Part shown: one piece after another, positions 6,787 to 16,112 of the stretch
How positions within the stretch are numbered: position 1 is the stretch's first letter
How the letters are laid out: each line of letters starts with the position of its first letter
Assembly: GCA_036845085.1 (NCBI GenBank)
Contig: DAIUEN010000001.1
Coordinates: 3,173 to 35,172, forward strand
Length of the DNA stretch: 32,000 nucleotides
Reading direction: 5' to 3'
Origin: Candidatus Nanopusillus sp.
Lineage (GTDB): Archaea > Nanobdellota > Nanobdellia > Nanobdellales > Nanobdellaceae
Position numbers and translations under genes: made by a program
The notes under the pieces: generated by a model
What the model saw: only the letters and a program-made list of their open reading frames with translations
The model's database searches: none
Told to the model about the DNA's origin: nothing

Positions 6787-8310
6787 GTGGCGGGAGATAT
6801 AAGAGATAAATATATTTTGTTGTATAAATATTTAGAAGATAAGGGGGTTATTGAAAGCAATATTGAATCTTTTAACTATTTTGTAGATCATGAAATGACA
6901 AAAGTCGGAAGGGCAATGGGATTTTTTTCTCCGAGAGTGTTACCGCAAGGACTCCACGATTTGAAATTCAAAATAGAGAGATTGTGGTTAAGCAAAGCAG
7001 ATTTTATGGAAAAAGAAGGTATTATTAGAATTATATACCCAAATGAAGCTAGGATAAGAAATATAACTTATAGTGGTACTGTTTTCATGGAATTTTCTGT
7101 ATATGAGAATGAAAGTTTCAAGAATAAATACCAAATAAGTATAGGAAAGCTTCCTATAATGGTTAGATCAAAATATTGTAATACTTATGGATTATCCCCA
7201 GAAGAATTAATAAAAATTGGCGAAGATCCATATGACTTTGGCGGATATTTTATAATAAATGGTAGCGAAAAAGTCTTAGTTCTTTCTGAAGAGTTATCTA
7301 CAGATAAATTTTTTGTTCAAGAAGAAAGTGGTGGGGTAGTTAAGTACAAAGGATTTTTATTATCTGAATCTTTGGTAGTTCAATATCCACATAACATAGA
7401 AATGACAAAAGATAGTCTTTTATATGTATCATTTGAAAAATACAAGAGAATTCCTCTAATTCCTCTACTTAAAGTTTTAGGTATGGATAGAGATGATGAA
7501 ATATATAGTTTTATTAATGAAGATGATAATTTTGAGGAAACATATATTAACTTATTAGAATATCAAGATCTTCAAACACAAGATGATGTTATAAAATATC
7601 TAGCAGATAAGTTAAGATTGACTGGTTCTTTCGAAGTTAAAAGAGAAAAATTATATGGAATTATTGATACAAAATTATTACCTCATGTAGGGACATCTCC
7701 TAATGATAGAATGTTTAAAGCATATATATTAACAAAATATGCTAGAAAAATATTACTGTTAGCTCATGGTATTATAGGAGAAGATGTTAAAGATCACCTA
7801 AAGAATAAAGTAGTAAGGACACCCGGAGATTTAATTAGGGATTTATTTAGAGTAGTTTTAAAGACATTCGTACAAGATGCAATGTCTCAATATGATAGAT
7901 TGGCTAGAAGGGGTAAAATACCATCTTATACTTCTATATTTAGAGCAAAAGTTTTTACAGATAGATTCCAATCAGCATTTGCTACTGGTAAATGGACTAG
8001 AAATAGAGTAGGAGTTTCACAACAATTAGATAGAACAAATAGGTTGTCTGTTCTTTCTCATCTTACTAGAGTTTGGTCCTCTATAGAAGGTGAAGCTGAG
8101 CTATATGAAGCTAGAATGGTTCATGGTACCCATTGGGGAAGATTGGATATGATCGAGACGCCAGAAGGTAAAGAGACTGGATTAAGAAAAAATTTAACTT
8201 TGTTTGCTAAGATAAGTTTTGAAGAGATAGATATTAATAATTTTATTTCACAACTAGAAAAGCTTGGATTGAAATCAGTTAAAAATAAAAACTTTTCTAG
8301 AAATAATTAA
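6787..8310 (+). CDS. rpoB2: DNA-directed RNA polymerase subunit B'' (Rpo2 N-terminal part)
   Basis: 507 aa with IESFNYFV, GGYFIINGSEKVLV and a typical Rpb2 N-terminal half, ending before the B' gene. GTG start at 6787; the first in-frame ATG lies after the conserved SFNYF motif. Confidence 0.93.
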   Translation: MAGDIRDKYILLYKYLEDKGVIESNIESFNYFVDHEMTKVGRAMGFFSPRVLPQGLHDLKFKIERLWLSKADFMEKEGIIRIIYPNEARIRNITYSGTVFMEFSVYENESFKNKYQISIGKLPIMVRSKYCNTYGLSPEELIKIGEDPYDFGGYFIINGSEKVLVLSEELSTDKFFVQEESGGVVKYKGFLLSESLVVQYPHNIEMTKDSLLYVSFEKYKRIPLIPLLKVLGMDRDDEIYSFINEDDNFEETYINLLEYQDLQTQDDVIKYLADKLRLTGSFEVKREKLYGIIDTKLLPHVGTSPNDRMFKAYILTKYARKILLLAHGIIGEDVKDHLKNKVVRTPGDLIRDLFRVVLKTFVQDAMSQYDRLARRGKIPSYTSIFRAKVFTDRFQSAFATGKWTRNRVGVSQQLDRTNRLSVLSHLTRVWSSIEGEAELYEARMVHGTHWGRLDMIETPEGKETGLRKNLTLFAKISFEEIDINNFISQLEKLGLKSVKNKNFSRNN

Positions 8311-8312
8311 AA

Positions 8313-10121
8313 ATGTCTTCCGAAGTTTATCTAGATGATATCTTTATAGGATATGTAGATAATCCGTTAGAGTTTATTGAGAAATTTAAAGAAAGTAGAA
8401 GAAAAGGTGTTATTCCATATTTTATCAATATAGGATATGACGAAAAAACCAATACAGTTCATATTTCTGCTAGAAAAGGTAGATTACTGAGACCCTTAAT
8501 TGTTGTAAAAAACGGAAAACCTCTATTAACTGAGGAACATATAGAAAAATTGAAAAAAGGTGAGATTAGATGGAAAGATTTAGAAGAACAAGGAATTATA
8601 GAGTACTTAGATCCTTTGGAAGAAGAAAATGCTGTTGTTGCTTTGGAAGAGAAAGATATAAATGAAAATACAACGCATCTGGAATTATCTCCTTTGGTTA
8701 TATTCGGTATTATAACTTCTTTAGCTCCGTTTTCGAATCATAATCAATCTGCTAGATTAAATAGGGGAATAAGGCCTATGAAACAGTCTCATGCTATTTA
8801 TTCTTTAAACTACCCCATTAGATTTGATACTGATATATCTGTTGCATATTATCCTCAAACTCCAATTGTTAGAACTTTTTCTCATGAAATTTTCAAAGAA
8901 CAAGATGCTATAGGACAAAATGTCATTGTTGCGGTAATGACTCAAGAGGGTTATAATATAGAGGATGCTATTATTCTTAATAGAGCCTCTGTAGAAAGAG
9001 GGTTATTTAGATCTGTATATTTTAGATCATATGAATTAGAAGCATTGAAATATCCTAGTGGACTACAAGATGATATAACTATACCAGAACCAGATGTTTA
9101 TTTATATAGAGGAAGAGATAAATACAAATATTTAGAAGATGATGGAATTGTTGCATTAGAGTCTTATGTTAAAGAAGGTGATGTACTTGTAGGAAGGGTT
9201 TCTCCTCCAAGATTTAGTGGATTGGTATCTGAAAGTTTAACTGGTTCTCTTGGAAAAAGGGATACTTCTTTAGCTGTTGAATATGGACATGAAGGTTATG
9301 TAGATTCTGTAATTTTAACCGAATCTGGAGATGGAAATTTATTAATAAAAGTTAGATTGAGAAGTTTAAGAATTCCTGTTTTAGGTGATAAATTTGCTGT
9401 CAGGCATGGACAGAAAGGTGTTGTTGGTATGATTGTAGATGAATCAGATATGCCATGGACAGCTTCTGGAATAAAACCGGATATAATTTTTTCACCTTTT
9501 GGTATTCCTTCTAGAGAAACGGTGGGATTGTTACTAGAATTGCTTGCTGGAAAAGTGGGAGCTTTAAGTGGAAGATGTGTTGATGGTACTCCTTGGTTTG
9601 GTGAAAAAGAGGAAGACTTAAGAAAAGAGTTACTAAGATTAGGTTTTAGAGAAGATGGAACAGAAACAATGTATAATCCTTGGACAGGTGATGAATTTAA
9701 AGTTAAAATATATATTGGAAGCTTATATTACATGAGATTGAAACATATGAGTAAAAACAAATTACAAGTTAGAGCAATAGGACCTGTTACTTTGTTAACG
9801 AAACAACCTACTGAAGGAAAATCTAAAGGTGGTGGTCTTAGGTTGGGAGAAATGGAAAATCTTGTTTTAGCAGGTCACGGAGCTTCCATTTTATTAAGAG
9901 AAAAATTCTCCTCTGATGACTGGGTTATACATGTATGTGAAACTTGTGGTTCCATAGCTGTTGAAGATAAAGCTAGAAATAGAGTTTACTGTCCAGTATG
10001 TAATGAAACAGAAAAAATATCAAAAATTAAAACATCTTATGCCTTTTTTGTTCTAATTAGAGAATTGATGTCTTTAGGTATATGGCCAAGACTTAAACTA
10101 AAGTATAAATTTGAAAAATGA
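8313..10121 (+). CDS. rpoB1: DNA-directed RNA polymerase subunit B' (Rpo2 C-terminal part)
   Basis: 602 aa with GYNIEDAIILN, GDKFAVRHGQKGVVG, GGLRLGEMENLVLAGHGAS and the C-terminal Zn ribbon CETCG...CPVC. Confidence 0.95.
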   Translation: MSSEVYLDDIFIGYVDNPLEFIEKFKESRRKGVIPYFINIGYDEKTNTVHISARKGRLLRPLIVVKNGKPLLTEEHIEKLKKGEIRWKDLEEQGIIEYLDPLEEENAVVALEEKDINENTTHLELSPLVIFGIITSLAPFSNHNQSARLNRGIRPMKQSHAIYSLNYPIRFDTDISVAYYPQTPIVRTFSHEIFKEQDAIGQNVIVAVMTQEGYNIEDAIILNRASVERGLFRSVYFRSYELEALKYPSGLQDDITIPEPDVYLYRGRDKYKYLEDDGIVALESYVKEGDVLVGRVSPPRFSGLVSESLTGSLGKRDTSLAVEYGHEGYVDSVILTESGDGNLLIKVRLRSLRIPVLGDKFAVRHGQKGVVGMIVDESDMPWTASGIKPDIIFSPFGIPSRETVGLLLELLAGKVGALSGRCVDGTPWFGEKEEDLRKELLRLGFREDGTETMYNPWTGDEFKVKIYIGSLYYMRLKHMSKNKLQVRAIGPVTLLTKQPTEGKSKGGGLRLGEMENLVLAGHGASILLREKFSSDDWVIHVCETCGSIAVEDKARNRVYCPVCNETEKISKIKTSYAFFVLIRELMSLGIWPRLKLKYKFEK

Positions 10122-12793
10122 TGAACGAGATTTTTCCTAAAAGAATAGGATTCATACAATATTCATTATTGAGTCCTGACGCGATTAGAAAAATGTCTGT
10201 AGCTAAAATTATTGTTCCAGAACTATATGACGAAGAAGGAATGCCAGTGAGAGGTGGTTTAATGGATTTAAGACTTGGTGTTGTAGATCCTGGTCTTGTA
10301 TGTGAAACCTGCGGGAAGAGTGTTGGTAAATGTCCTGGTCATTTTGGCCATTTAGAGTTAGCAAGGCCGGTATTTCATATAGAATTTATTCCAATAATTA
10401 AAGAACTTGTTAATGCAGTATGTACAAATTGTGGTAGGGTTAAATTGACCGAAGAGGAAATTGATTTTGCAGAGAAAAAAATTGAAAAATATAGAAGAAA
10501 TAGGAACTGGAGGCTATTAGATAAATTTTTAAGAAAATATGTCTATTATAAGGCAAAAAAAAGATTGAAATGTCCGCACTGTGGATTTGAAAATCAAAAG
10601 ATAGAATTCAGAAAGCCATATATATTTTACATTAAGACACAAGACGGAGAAAGAAGAATATTTCCTACGGAAATAAGGGCTATATTTGAGAAAATACCTG
10701 ACAGAGATGCTTTCGTTTTAGGATTTCATCCAGTTTATGCTAGACCTGAATGGACGATATTGACCGTTTTACCAATACCTCCAGTTACAATTAGACAGTC
10801 TATAATATTAGAAACTGGAGAAAGATCTGAAGATGATCTTACTCATAAGCTTGTAGATATAGTTAGATCAAACCAAAGATTAAAGGAAGCTATAACAACC
10901 GGAGCTCCTCAGACAGTAATTAGAGAATTATATGATCTGCTGCAATATCATATTTCTACATATTTCCACAATAATGTTGCTGGTTTACCAGTAGCAATTC
11001 ATAGATCTGGGAAGCCAATAAAATCTCTTGTAGAGAGAATAGTTGGTAAAGAAGGTAGAATAAGATATAATTTACTTGGAAAGAGAACAAATTATAGTGC
11101 AAGAGCTGTTATATCCCCAGATGTAAAAATAAAATATAACGAAGTTGGAGTTCCTATTAAAGTTGTAATGTCTTTAACAATTCCTGAAAGAGTTACAGAA
11201 TATAATATAGATAAATTAAAAGAATATGTACTTAATGGTCCTAATAAGTATCCTGGGGCGAATTATGTTATTGCTCCTGATGGTAAAAGGAGGGTTATAA
11301 CTGAAGAAAATAAAGAAACACTTGCGTCTCAATTAGAACCTGGATGGATTGTTGAAAGGCATATATTAGATGGAGATATTGTGTTATTCTTAAGGTATCC
11401 ATCTTTACACAGATTATCTATGCAAGGACATTATGTTAAGGTTCTTCCTGGCGATACATTTAGATTACACCCCGCAATTGTTAAACCATATAATGCAGAT
11501 TTTGATGGAGATGAAATGAATATATTTGTACCTCAAAGTGAAGAGGCTAGAGCTGAAGCAGTGTTATTACTAGAAGCATCTAATCATGTAATATCTATAA
11601 AACACGGAGAATTTATGGTTGGAGCAATTCAGGAAGCAATTACTGGTTTATACTTATTGACAAAAGACAATCCAGAAATACCAATAGATATTGCAATGCA
11701 ATTAGTATATTGGTCTGGAAATAAAGAGGTATATATAAATAAATTAATAAGATTCATTAAAAAAGCAAGAGAAGAAAATAGAGATTATTTGACTGGATAT
11801 GAAATAGCATCAGTATTTTTACCGGATGATTTAAACTATAAAGATGATAAAATTACAATAGAAAATGGAGTTATTGTTGACGGATATCTAGATTCTTCTT
11901 TAGTAAAAGCAGAAAAAGGAAAATTATTTGCTTATGTATATGTAAATTATGGAAAAGATATTGCTTCCGATTTAATTAACTCATATTTTTTACTAGGGGT
12001 TTATTATCAGTATATATTGGGAATTACTATGAGTATTTCAGATCTAGATTTACCTGAAGAAGCCAAATTAGAGATAAATAACATAATAGAAGAAACGATG
12101 AAGAAGATAGAAAAGATATATGATGACTTCAAAGAAGAAAAATTAGAAAGAATACCTGGCAAAACATTAAAGGAAACATATCAATTAATGACAATTCATG
12201 AAATATCAGGATCTTTAACACAAATACAGAAGGTATTAATGAAATATATGAAAAAAGATACCGGAACTTACGTAATGTCTATTACAGGAGCAAGAGGAGA
12301 CTGGACAAATATAACAAAAATGGTGGGATCTCTAGGTTTTCAAGTATTTAGAGGGAAATTCATAGAATTTGGATATAATGATAGGAATCTATCTATATTT
12401 CCAAAGGGATTATACCATCCTCTTTATTATGGTTGGGTTGTTTCATCATTCTTAGATGGTTTAAAATCTTGGGAGATGTTTTATCACTCACTTACCGGAA
12501 GAGATTCTTTAATGGATACTGCTATAAGAACGGGACAATCTGGATATTTCTATAGAAGATTATCTCATAGTTTATATGAATTATATGTAAGTTCTAATTT
12601 GGTTGTAAAAGATAATTTTGGCAGAATAGTACAATTTTTATATGGGGATGATGGTATTGCAGTACATAAAACACCATCTGGAAAAATTGATATTAACATG
12701 TTTATCGAAAAGGCTTTAAAAATGTATTCTGAAAATAAGAAGAAGGATGGAGATACCAAAAAAACTACTAGAAGAACTAAGAGAAAAAATTAA
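10118..12793 (+). CDS. rpoA1: DNA-directed RNA polymerase subunit A' (Rpo1 N-terminal part)
   Basis: 891 aa with the Zn motifs CETCG...CPGHFGH, the catalytic NADFDGDEMN, and YPSLHRLSMQ. ATGA overlap with rpoB1. Confidence 0.95.
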   Translation: MMNEIFPKRIGFIQYSLLSPDAIRKMSVAKIIVPELYDEEGMPVRGGLMDLRLGVVDPGLVCETCGKSVGKCPGHFGHLELARPVFHIEFIPIIKELVNAVCTNCGRVKLTEEEIDFAEKKIEKYRRNRNWRLLDKFLRKYVYYKAKKRLKCPHCGFENQKIEFRKPYIFYIKTQDGERRIFPTEIRAIFEKIPDRDAFVLGFHPVYARPEWTILTVLPIPPVTIRQSIILETGERSEDDLTHKLVDIVRSNQRLKEAITTGAPQTVIRELYDLLQYHISTYFHNNVAGLPVAIHRSGKPIKSLVERIVGKEGRIRYNLLGKRTNYSARAVISPDVKIKYNEVGVPIKVVMSLTIPERVTEYNIDKLKEYVLNGPNKYPGANYVIAPDGKRRVITEENKETLASQLEPGWIVERHILDGDIVLFLRYPSLHRLSMQGHYVKVLPGDTFRLHPAIVKPYNADFDGDEMNIFVPQSEEARAEAVLLLEASNHVISIKHGEFMVGAIQEAITGLYLLTKDNPEIPIDIAMQLVYWSGNKEVYINKLIRFIKKAREENRDYLTGYEIASVFLPDDLNYKDDKITIENGVIVDGYLDSSLVKAEKGKLFAYVYVNYGKDIASDLINSYFLLGVYYQYILGITMSISDLDLPEEAKLEINNIIEETMKKIEKIYDDFKEEKLERIPGKTLKETYQLMTIHEISGSLTQIQKVLMKYMKKDTGTYVMSITGARGDWTNITKMVGSLGFQVFRGKFIEFGYNDRNLSIFPKGLYHPLYYGWVVSSFLDGLKSWEMFYHSLTGRDSLMDTAIRTGQSGYFYRRLSHSLYELYVSSNLVVKDNFGRIVQFLYGDDGIAVHKTPSGKIDINMFIEKALKMYSENKKKDGDTKKTTRRTKRKN

Positions 12794-13865
12794 AGATTTA
12801 CCAGAAGAAAAGCAAAGAGAAATAGAAGAAGAATTTATAAATTTCTATAAAAAATTTTTAATAGATCCTGGTGAACCTGTGGGGATTATTGCATCTCAAT
12901 CTATTGCAGAGCCAACTACTCAGATGATACTAAAGTCATTCCACTTTGTTGGTGGTGGTTTTGAATCTAAAGCTTCTTTGGGTTTGCCAAGATTGTTAGA
13001 AATAGCTGATGCAAGAAAAAAAGTAAAAAATAAGGTTACTAAAATATATTTAATAGAAGAATATAAAAAAGATTATCAAAAAGCATATGAAGTTGCTTTG
13101 AGAATTAAAGAAGTTGTTTTGGAAGATTTAACTTCTGAAATAGCTTTGGATATATTCGAAAATAAGATAATTATATCATTGGATGAAAAAAAATTAGAAA
13201 AAAATAATCTAAGCGAGGAAGAAGTTTATAACATATTAAAAAAGAAATTAAAAAAATATAAAGTAGAGCTAGAAGGAGGAAATATAGTCATATTTGCTGA
13301 AAAAATAAAATCAAAGGATTTGTATTTGCTTAAAAACAACATAAAGAAAATACACATAAAAGGTATACCTGGAATTAAAGATGTTACTATAAAAAGGGAG
13401 GATGAAGAATATGTTATATACGCATCTGGTTCTAATTTAATGGAACTAATGAAAATACCAGAAATAGATTATAGAAAGATATATACTAATGATATAAAAG
13501 AAATAGAAAAAGTTTTTGGTATAGAAGCAGCTAGGGAGGCTATATTTAGAGAGCTAGTAAAATTATATGCTGAACAAGGTTTTAAAGTAGATCCAAGACA
13601 TTTCGCATTATTAGCAGATGTTTTAACCTGGCATGGAGAATATCTCGGTATCAATAGATATGGTCTACAATCTGAAAAGGCATCGACATTATCTAAAGCA
13701 TCATTTGAAGTACCTATTAGGATATTAATGACTGCTGCTTTAAGAGGGGAAGAAGATCCTGTTAGTTCATCGATAGATAACTTAATAATGAACCAAGTTA
13801 TTCCGCTTGGTACTGGTCTATATGACATATATTATAAAGGAGAAATGAATAAAAAAGTTTCATAA
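12747..13865 (+). CDS. rpoA2: DNA-directed RNA polymerase subunit A'' (Rpo1 C-terminal part)
   Basis: 372 aa with DPGEPVGIIASQSIAEPTTQM (trigger-loop region) and VPIRILMTAALRGEEDP. Overlaps the rpoA1 3' end by 47 nt, with no alternative ATG before the conserved motif. Confidence 0.9.
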   Translation: MEIPKKLLEELREKIKDLPEEKQREIEEEFINFYKKFLIDPGEPVGIIASQSIAEPTTQMILKSFHFVGGGFESKASLGLPRLLEIADARKKVKNKVTKIYLIEEYKKDYQKAYEVALRIKEVVLEDLTSEIALDIFENKIIISLDEKKLEKNNLSEEEVYNILKKKLKKYKVELEGGNIVIFAEKIKSKDLYLLKNNIKKIHIKGIPGIKDVTIKREDEEYVIYASGSNLMELMKIPEIDYRKIYTNDIKEIEKVFGIEAAREAIFRELVKLYAEQGFKVDPRHFALLADVLTWHGEYLGINRYGLQSEKASTLSKASFEVPIRILMTAALRGEEDPVSSSIDNLIMNQVIPLGTGLYDIYYKGEMNKKVS

Positions 13866-13877
13866 ATATACCTAAAA

Positions 13878-14153
13878 ATGGTCTCGTTTGATGATATAAA
13901 AAGAATGATTAATATGGAGAAAAATAGAGTAATATTAGGAACAAATATGACTATAAAAATGATTAAAAATGGAAAAGTTGAAAAAGTATTTTTAGCAAAA
14001 AATGCTCCTGAAGAAATTAAGAGAGATATATTATACTATTCAAAGCTAGGTAATTTTGAAGTAGAGGAACTAAATTATACCAATGAAGAAATAGGGATTA
14101 TATTGAAAAAGCCTTTTAAAATATCTGTTATTTCTATATTAAAAAATGGGTAA
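13878..14153 (+). CDS. rpl30e: 50S ribosomal protein L30e (eL30)
   Basis: 91 aa. [38 protein letters not shown] is typical eL30, in the conserved position after rpoA2. Confidence 0.85.
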   Translation: MVSFDDIKRMINMEKNRVILGTNMTIKMIKNGKVEKVFLAKNAPEEIKRDILYYSKLGNFEVEELNYTNEEIGIILKKPFKISVISILKNG

Positions 14154-14574
14154 TGGTTTGTTTGCTGCTAAAAAACTAATTGAAAAGAGAAAAAAATTTA
14201 GATGGGCTAAAAAAGAGTGGAAAAGGAGAATACTGAGATTGAAGGAAAAATATGATCCATTTGGAGGCGCGCCAATGGCTTCTGGAATAGTATTAGAGAA
14301 AGTTCAGATAGAAAAAAGGCAGCCATATTCTGGTATGATAAAATGTGTGAGAGTGCAGCTAAAGAAGAATGGAAAAGTTGTTACTGCATTTGCACCAGGA
14401 GATAAGGCAATAAAGTATATAGATGAACACGACGAAGTTTTACTAGTATACATAGGTGGTCCTAAAGGTAGGGCTATTGGTTCTATTCCTGGAGTAAGGT
14501 ATAAAGTTGTATTAGTTAATGGTCAACCACTAGAGCTTTTAAGAACTGGAAAAATAGAAAAAGCAAGGAGGTAG
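14146..14574 (+). CDS. rps12: 30S ribosomal protein S12 (uS12)
   Basis: 142 aa. [46 protein letters not shown]...GVRYKVV is canonical archaeal S12. Confidence 0.93.
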   Translation: MGNGLFAAKKLIEKRKKFRWAKKEWKRRILRLKEKYDPFGGAPMASGIVLEKVQIEKRQPYSGMIKCVRVQLKKNGKVVTAFAPGDKAIKYIDEHDEVLLVYIGGPKGRAIGSIPGVRYKVVLVNGQPLELLRTGKIEKARR

Positions 14575-14577
14575 AAA

Positions 14578-14598
14578 TTTTTATTTGTTATTTTTCAG
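14578..14598 (+). terminator. Candidate oligo-T archaeal terminator after rps12
   Basis: TTTTTATTTGTTATTTTT lies immediately after the S12 stop codon. Archaeal termination uses T-runs, but the AT-rich background makes this weak evidence. Confidence 0.3.
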
Positions 14599-14648
14599 TA
14601 AATAAATTTTGTAATTAAATATATAAAATTTCTTTACTAAATTATAAA

Positions 14649-15464
14649 ATGGTCTTTAGCGATACTATCATGGCCTTTGTGTATTATTTTGGATTTTTGG
14701 TAGTATCATTAGTAGTAGCATTGATAGTAGGATTTGTAGCATATAGAGTATTAGATAGAGTATTAGATAGATTAATAGAACCATACTATAATAAGTTTTA
14801 TGAAGAATTAGGAACAAAGAGACCAGTAGATTTTTCAACAACGGTATCTGTAATATTAAGTGTATTATTTGGAGTATTGTCTTTTACTTGGGCATTTAAC
14901 AATTTAATGAGTATAGTATCTTTAGATTATTATACGATATTGACTCCATATATTGAAGTAACTTTAGCTGCAGCTGCTACAATATTTGGAGTTACTGGAG
15001 TAATATTTCTAATATTTGTAGGTACATTCTTTGCACTATTCTTTAGCTGGTACATATATAGGATGGTTTCTCCATATAGAGAAGATGTAGCATCACTACT
15101 AAGATTATTGCTATTCATAGGTTTAGTATATGTTGTTTCTGTATCTTCATTAAGTGCATTAAACCTTGATGATGCAGAAATATTTGGATACATATTGGGA
15201 GCATTTGTAGTATTGTCAATAGGATGGGCAATTATAGAATTTGTTATGGAAAAAGTATCGAATACAAAGTCATTTGAAGAAATAAAACCATTCTTAGAAT
15301 ATTTCCTATTTGGAATCTTTATACTTTCAGCTTTATCCGTTTTAACCTTAGGATATAATGCAATTTCACAATCAACAATAAATATATTTGCCTGGGCCTT
15401 TGTTTTGATATTAGTAATAGCATTGGTACCTTTTGTTATAAAGGCAATAAAATCTATATATTAG
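14649..15464 (+). CDS. Polytopic integral membrane protein of unknown function, inserted between rps12 and rps7
   Basis: 271 aa with about 6 hydrophobic segments and no family motif recognised. Flanked by AT-rich promoter-like and T-run sequences. Confidence 0.6.
   Translation: MVFSDTIMAFVYYFGFLVVSLVVALIVGFVAYRVLDRVLDRLIEPYYNKFYEELGTKRPVDFSTTVSVILSVLFGVLSFTWAFNNLMSIVSLDYYTILTPYIEVTLAAAATIFGVTGVIFLIFVGTFFALFFSWYIYRMVSPYREDVASLLRLLLFIGLVYVVSVSSLSALNLDDAEIFGYILGAFVVLSIGWAIIEFVMEKVSNTKSFEEIKPFLEYFLFGIFILSALSVLTLGYNAISQSTINIFAWAFVLILVIALVPFVIKAIKSIY
14745..14768 (+). repeat. Perfect 12-bp tandem duplication inside the membrane-protein gene
   Basis: AGAGTATTAGAT occurs twice in tandem (14745-14756 and 14757-14768), encoding RVLD-RVLD. 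Confidence 0.9.
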
Positions 15465-15495
15465 TTTTTTAACCTTTTTCTTAATATTTTTTTAA

Positions 15496-16098
15496 ATGAA
15501 TAATATAGATGAATTAAAATTCCTTGGAAGATGGAAATATGAGATAGATGTAGAAGATGAAACATTAAGGAGAGTAATGAATCTAAGACCGTATATTTTA
15601 CCTAGGACAGCTGGAAGATTTCAAAAGAAGAAATTTGGTAGAATTAATATTCCAATAATAGAAAGATTAATTGGTAAGTTAATGACACCTGGACATCTTG
15701 GTAAAAAACATAAATTTACATCTTATAGGGCAACTGGAAAGTATTATAAAAATTTACTAATTGTTGTTAAAGCATTTGAAATTATAGAAAAAGAACTAAA
15801 GGAGAATCCTATAAGGGTATTAACAAAAGCCATAGAAAATGCTGCTCCAAGAGAAGAGATTACTACCATAGAAATGGGTGGTGCTAGATATCCAAAAGCA
15901 GTTGATATATCTCCATTAAGAAGAGTTGATTTAGCAATTAGACATATTGTGATTGGAGCATATCATAAATCTAGGAACAAATCCGATATGGCTAGTGCAT
16001 TAGCTAAGGAAATAATCTTAGCTTATAAGAATTCTGTAGAATCTTTTGCAATTCAAAAGAAGTTAGAGTTAGAGAAATTAGCTTCTTCATCTAGATAA
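15496..16098 (+). CDS. rps7: 30S ribosomal protein S7 (uS7)
   Basis: 200 aa. NPIRVLTKAIENAAPREEITTIEMGGARYPKAVDISPLRRVDLAIRHI is canonical archaeal S7. Confidence 0.92.
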   Translation: MNNIDELKFLGRWKYEIDVEDETLRRVMNLRPYILPRTAGRFQKKKFGRINIPIIERLIGKLMTPGHLGKKHKFTSYRATGKYYKNLLIVVKAFEIIEKELKENPIRVLTKAIENAAPREEITTIEMGGARYPKAVDISPLRRVDLAIRHIVIGAYHKSRNKSDMASALAKEIILAYKNSVESFAIQKKLELEKLASSSR

Positions 16099-16112
16099 AA
16101 GATTATTTTCTA

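Noticed and set aside
6639-6860. 73-aa minus-strand ORF
   Set aside because: Antisense to the rpoH 3' end and the rpoB2 5' end, both confidently assigned.
12565-13828. Minus-strand ORFs 12565..12759 and 13469..13828
   Set aside because: Antisense to rpoA1 and rpoA2, whose conserved motifs fix the coding strand.
6787-13865. Possible inteins or unusual splits in the RNA polymerase large subunits
   Set aside because: Subunit lengths (507, 602, 891, 372 aa) are standard for split archaeal B''/B'/A'/A''. The conserved motifs are contiguous, with no intein blocks seen.
14930-15193. 87-aa minus-strand ORF
   Set aside because: Antisense to the polytopic membrane-protein gene. The plus frame gives coherent TM helices and the minus frame does not.
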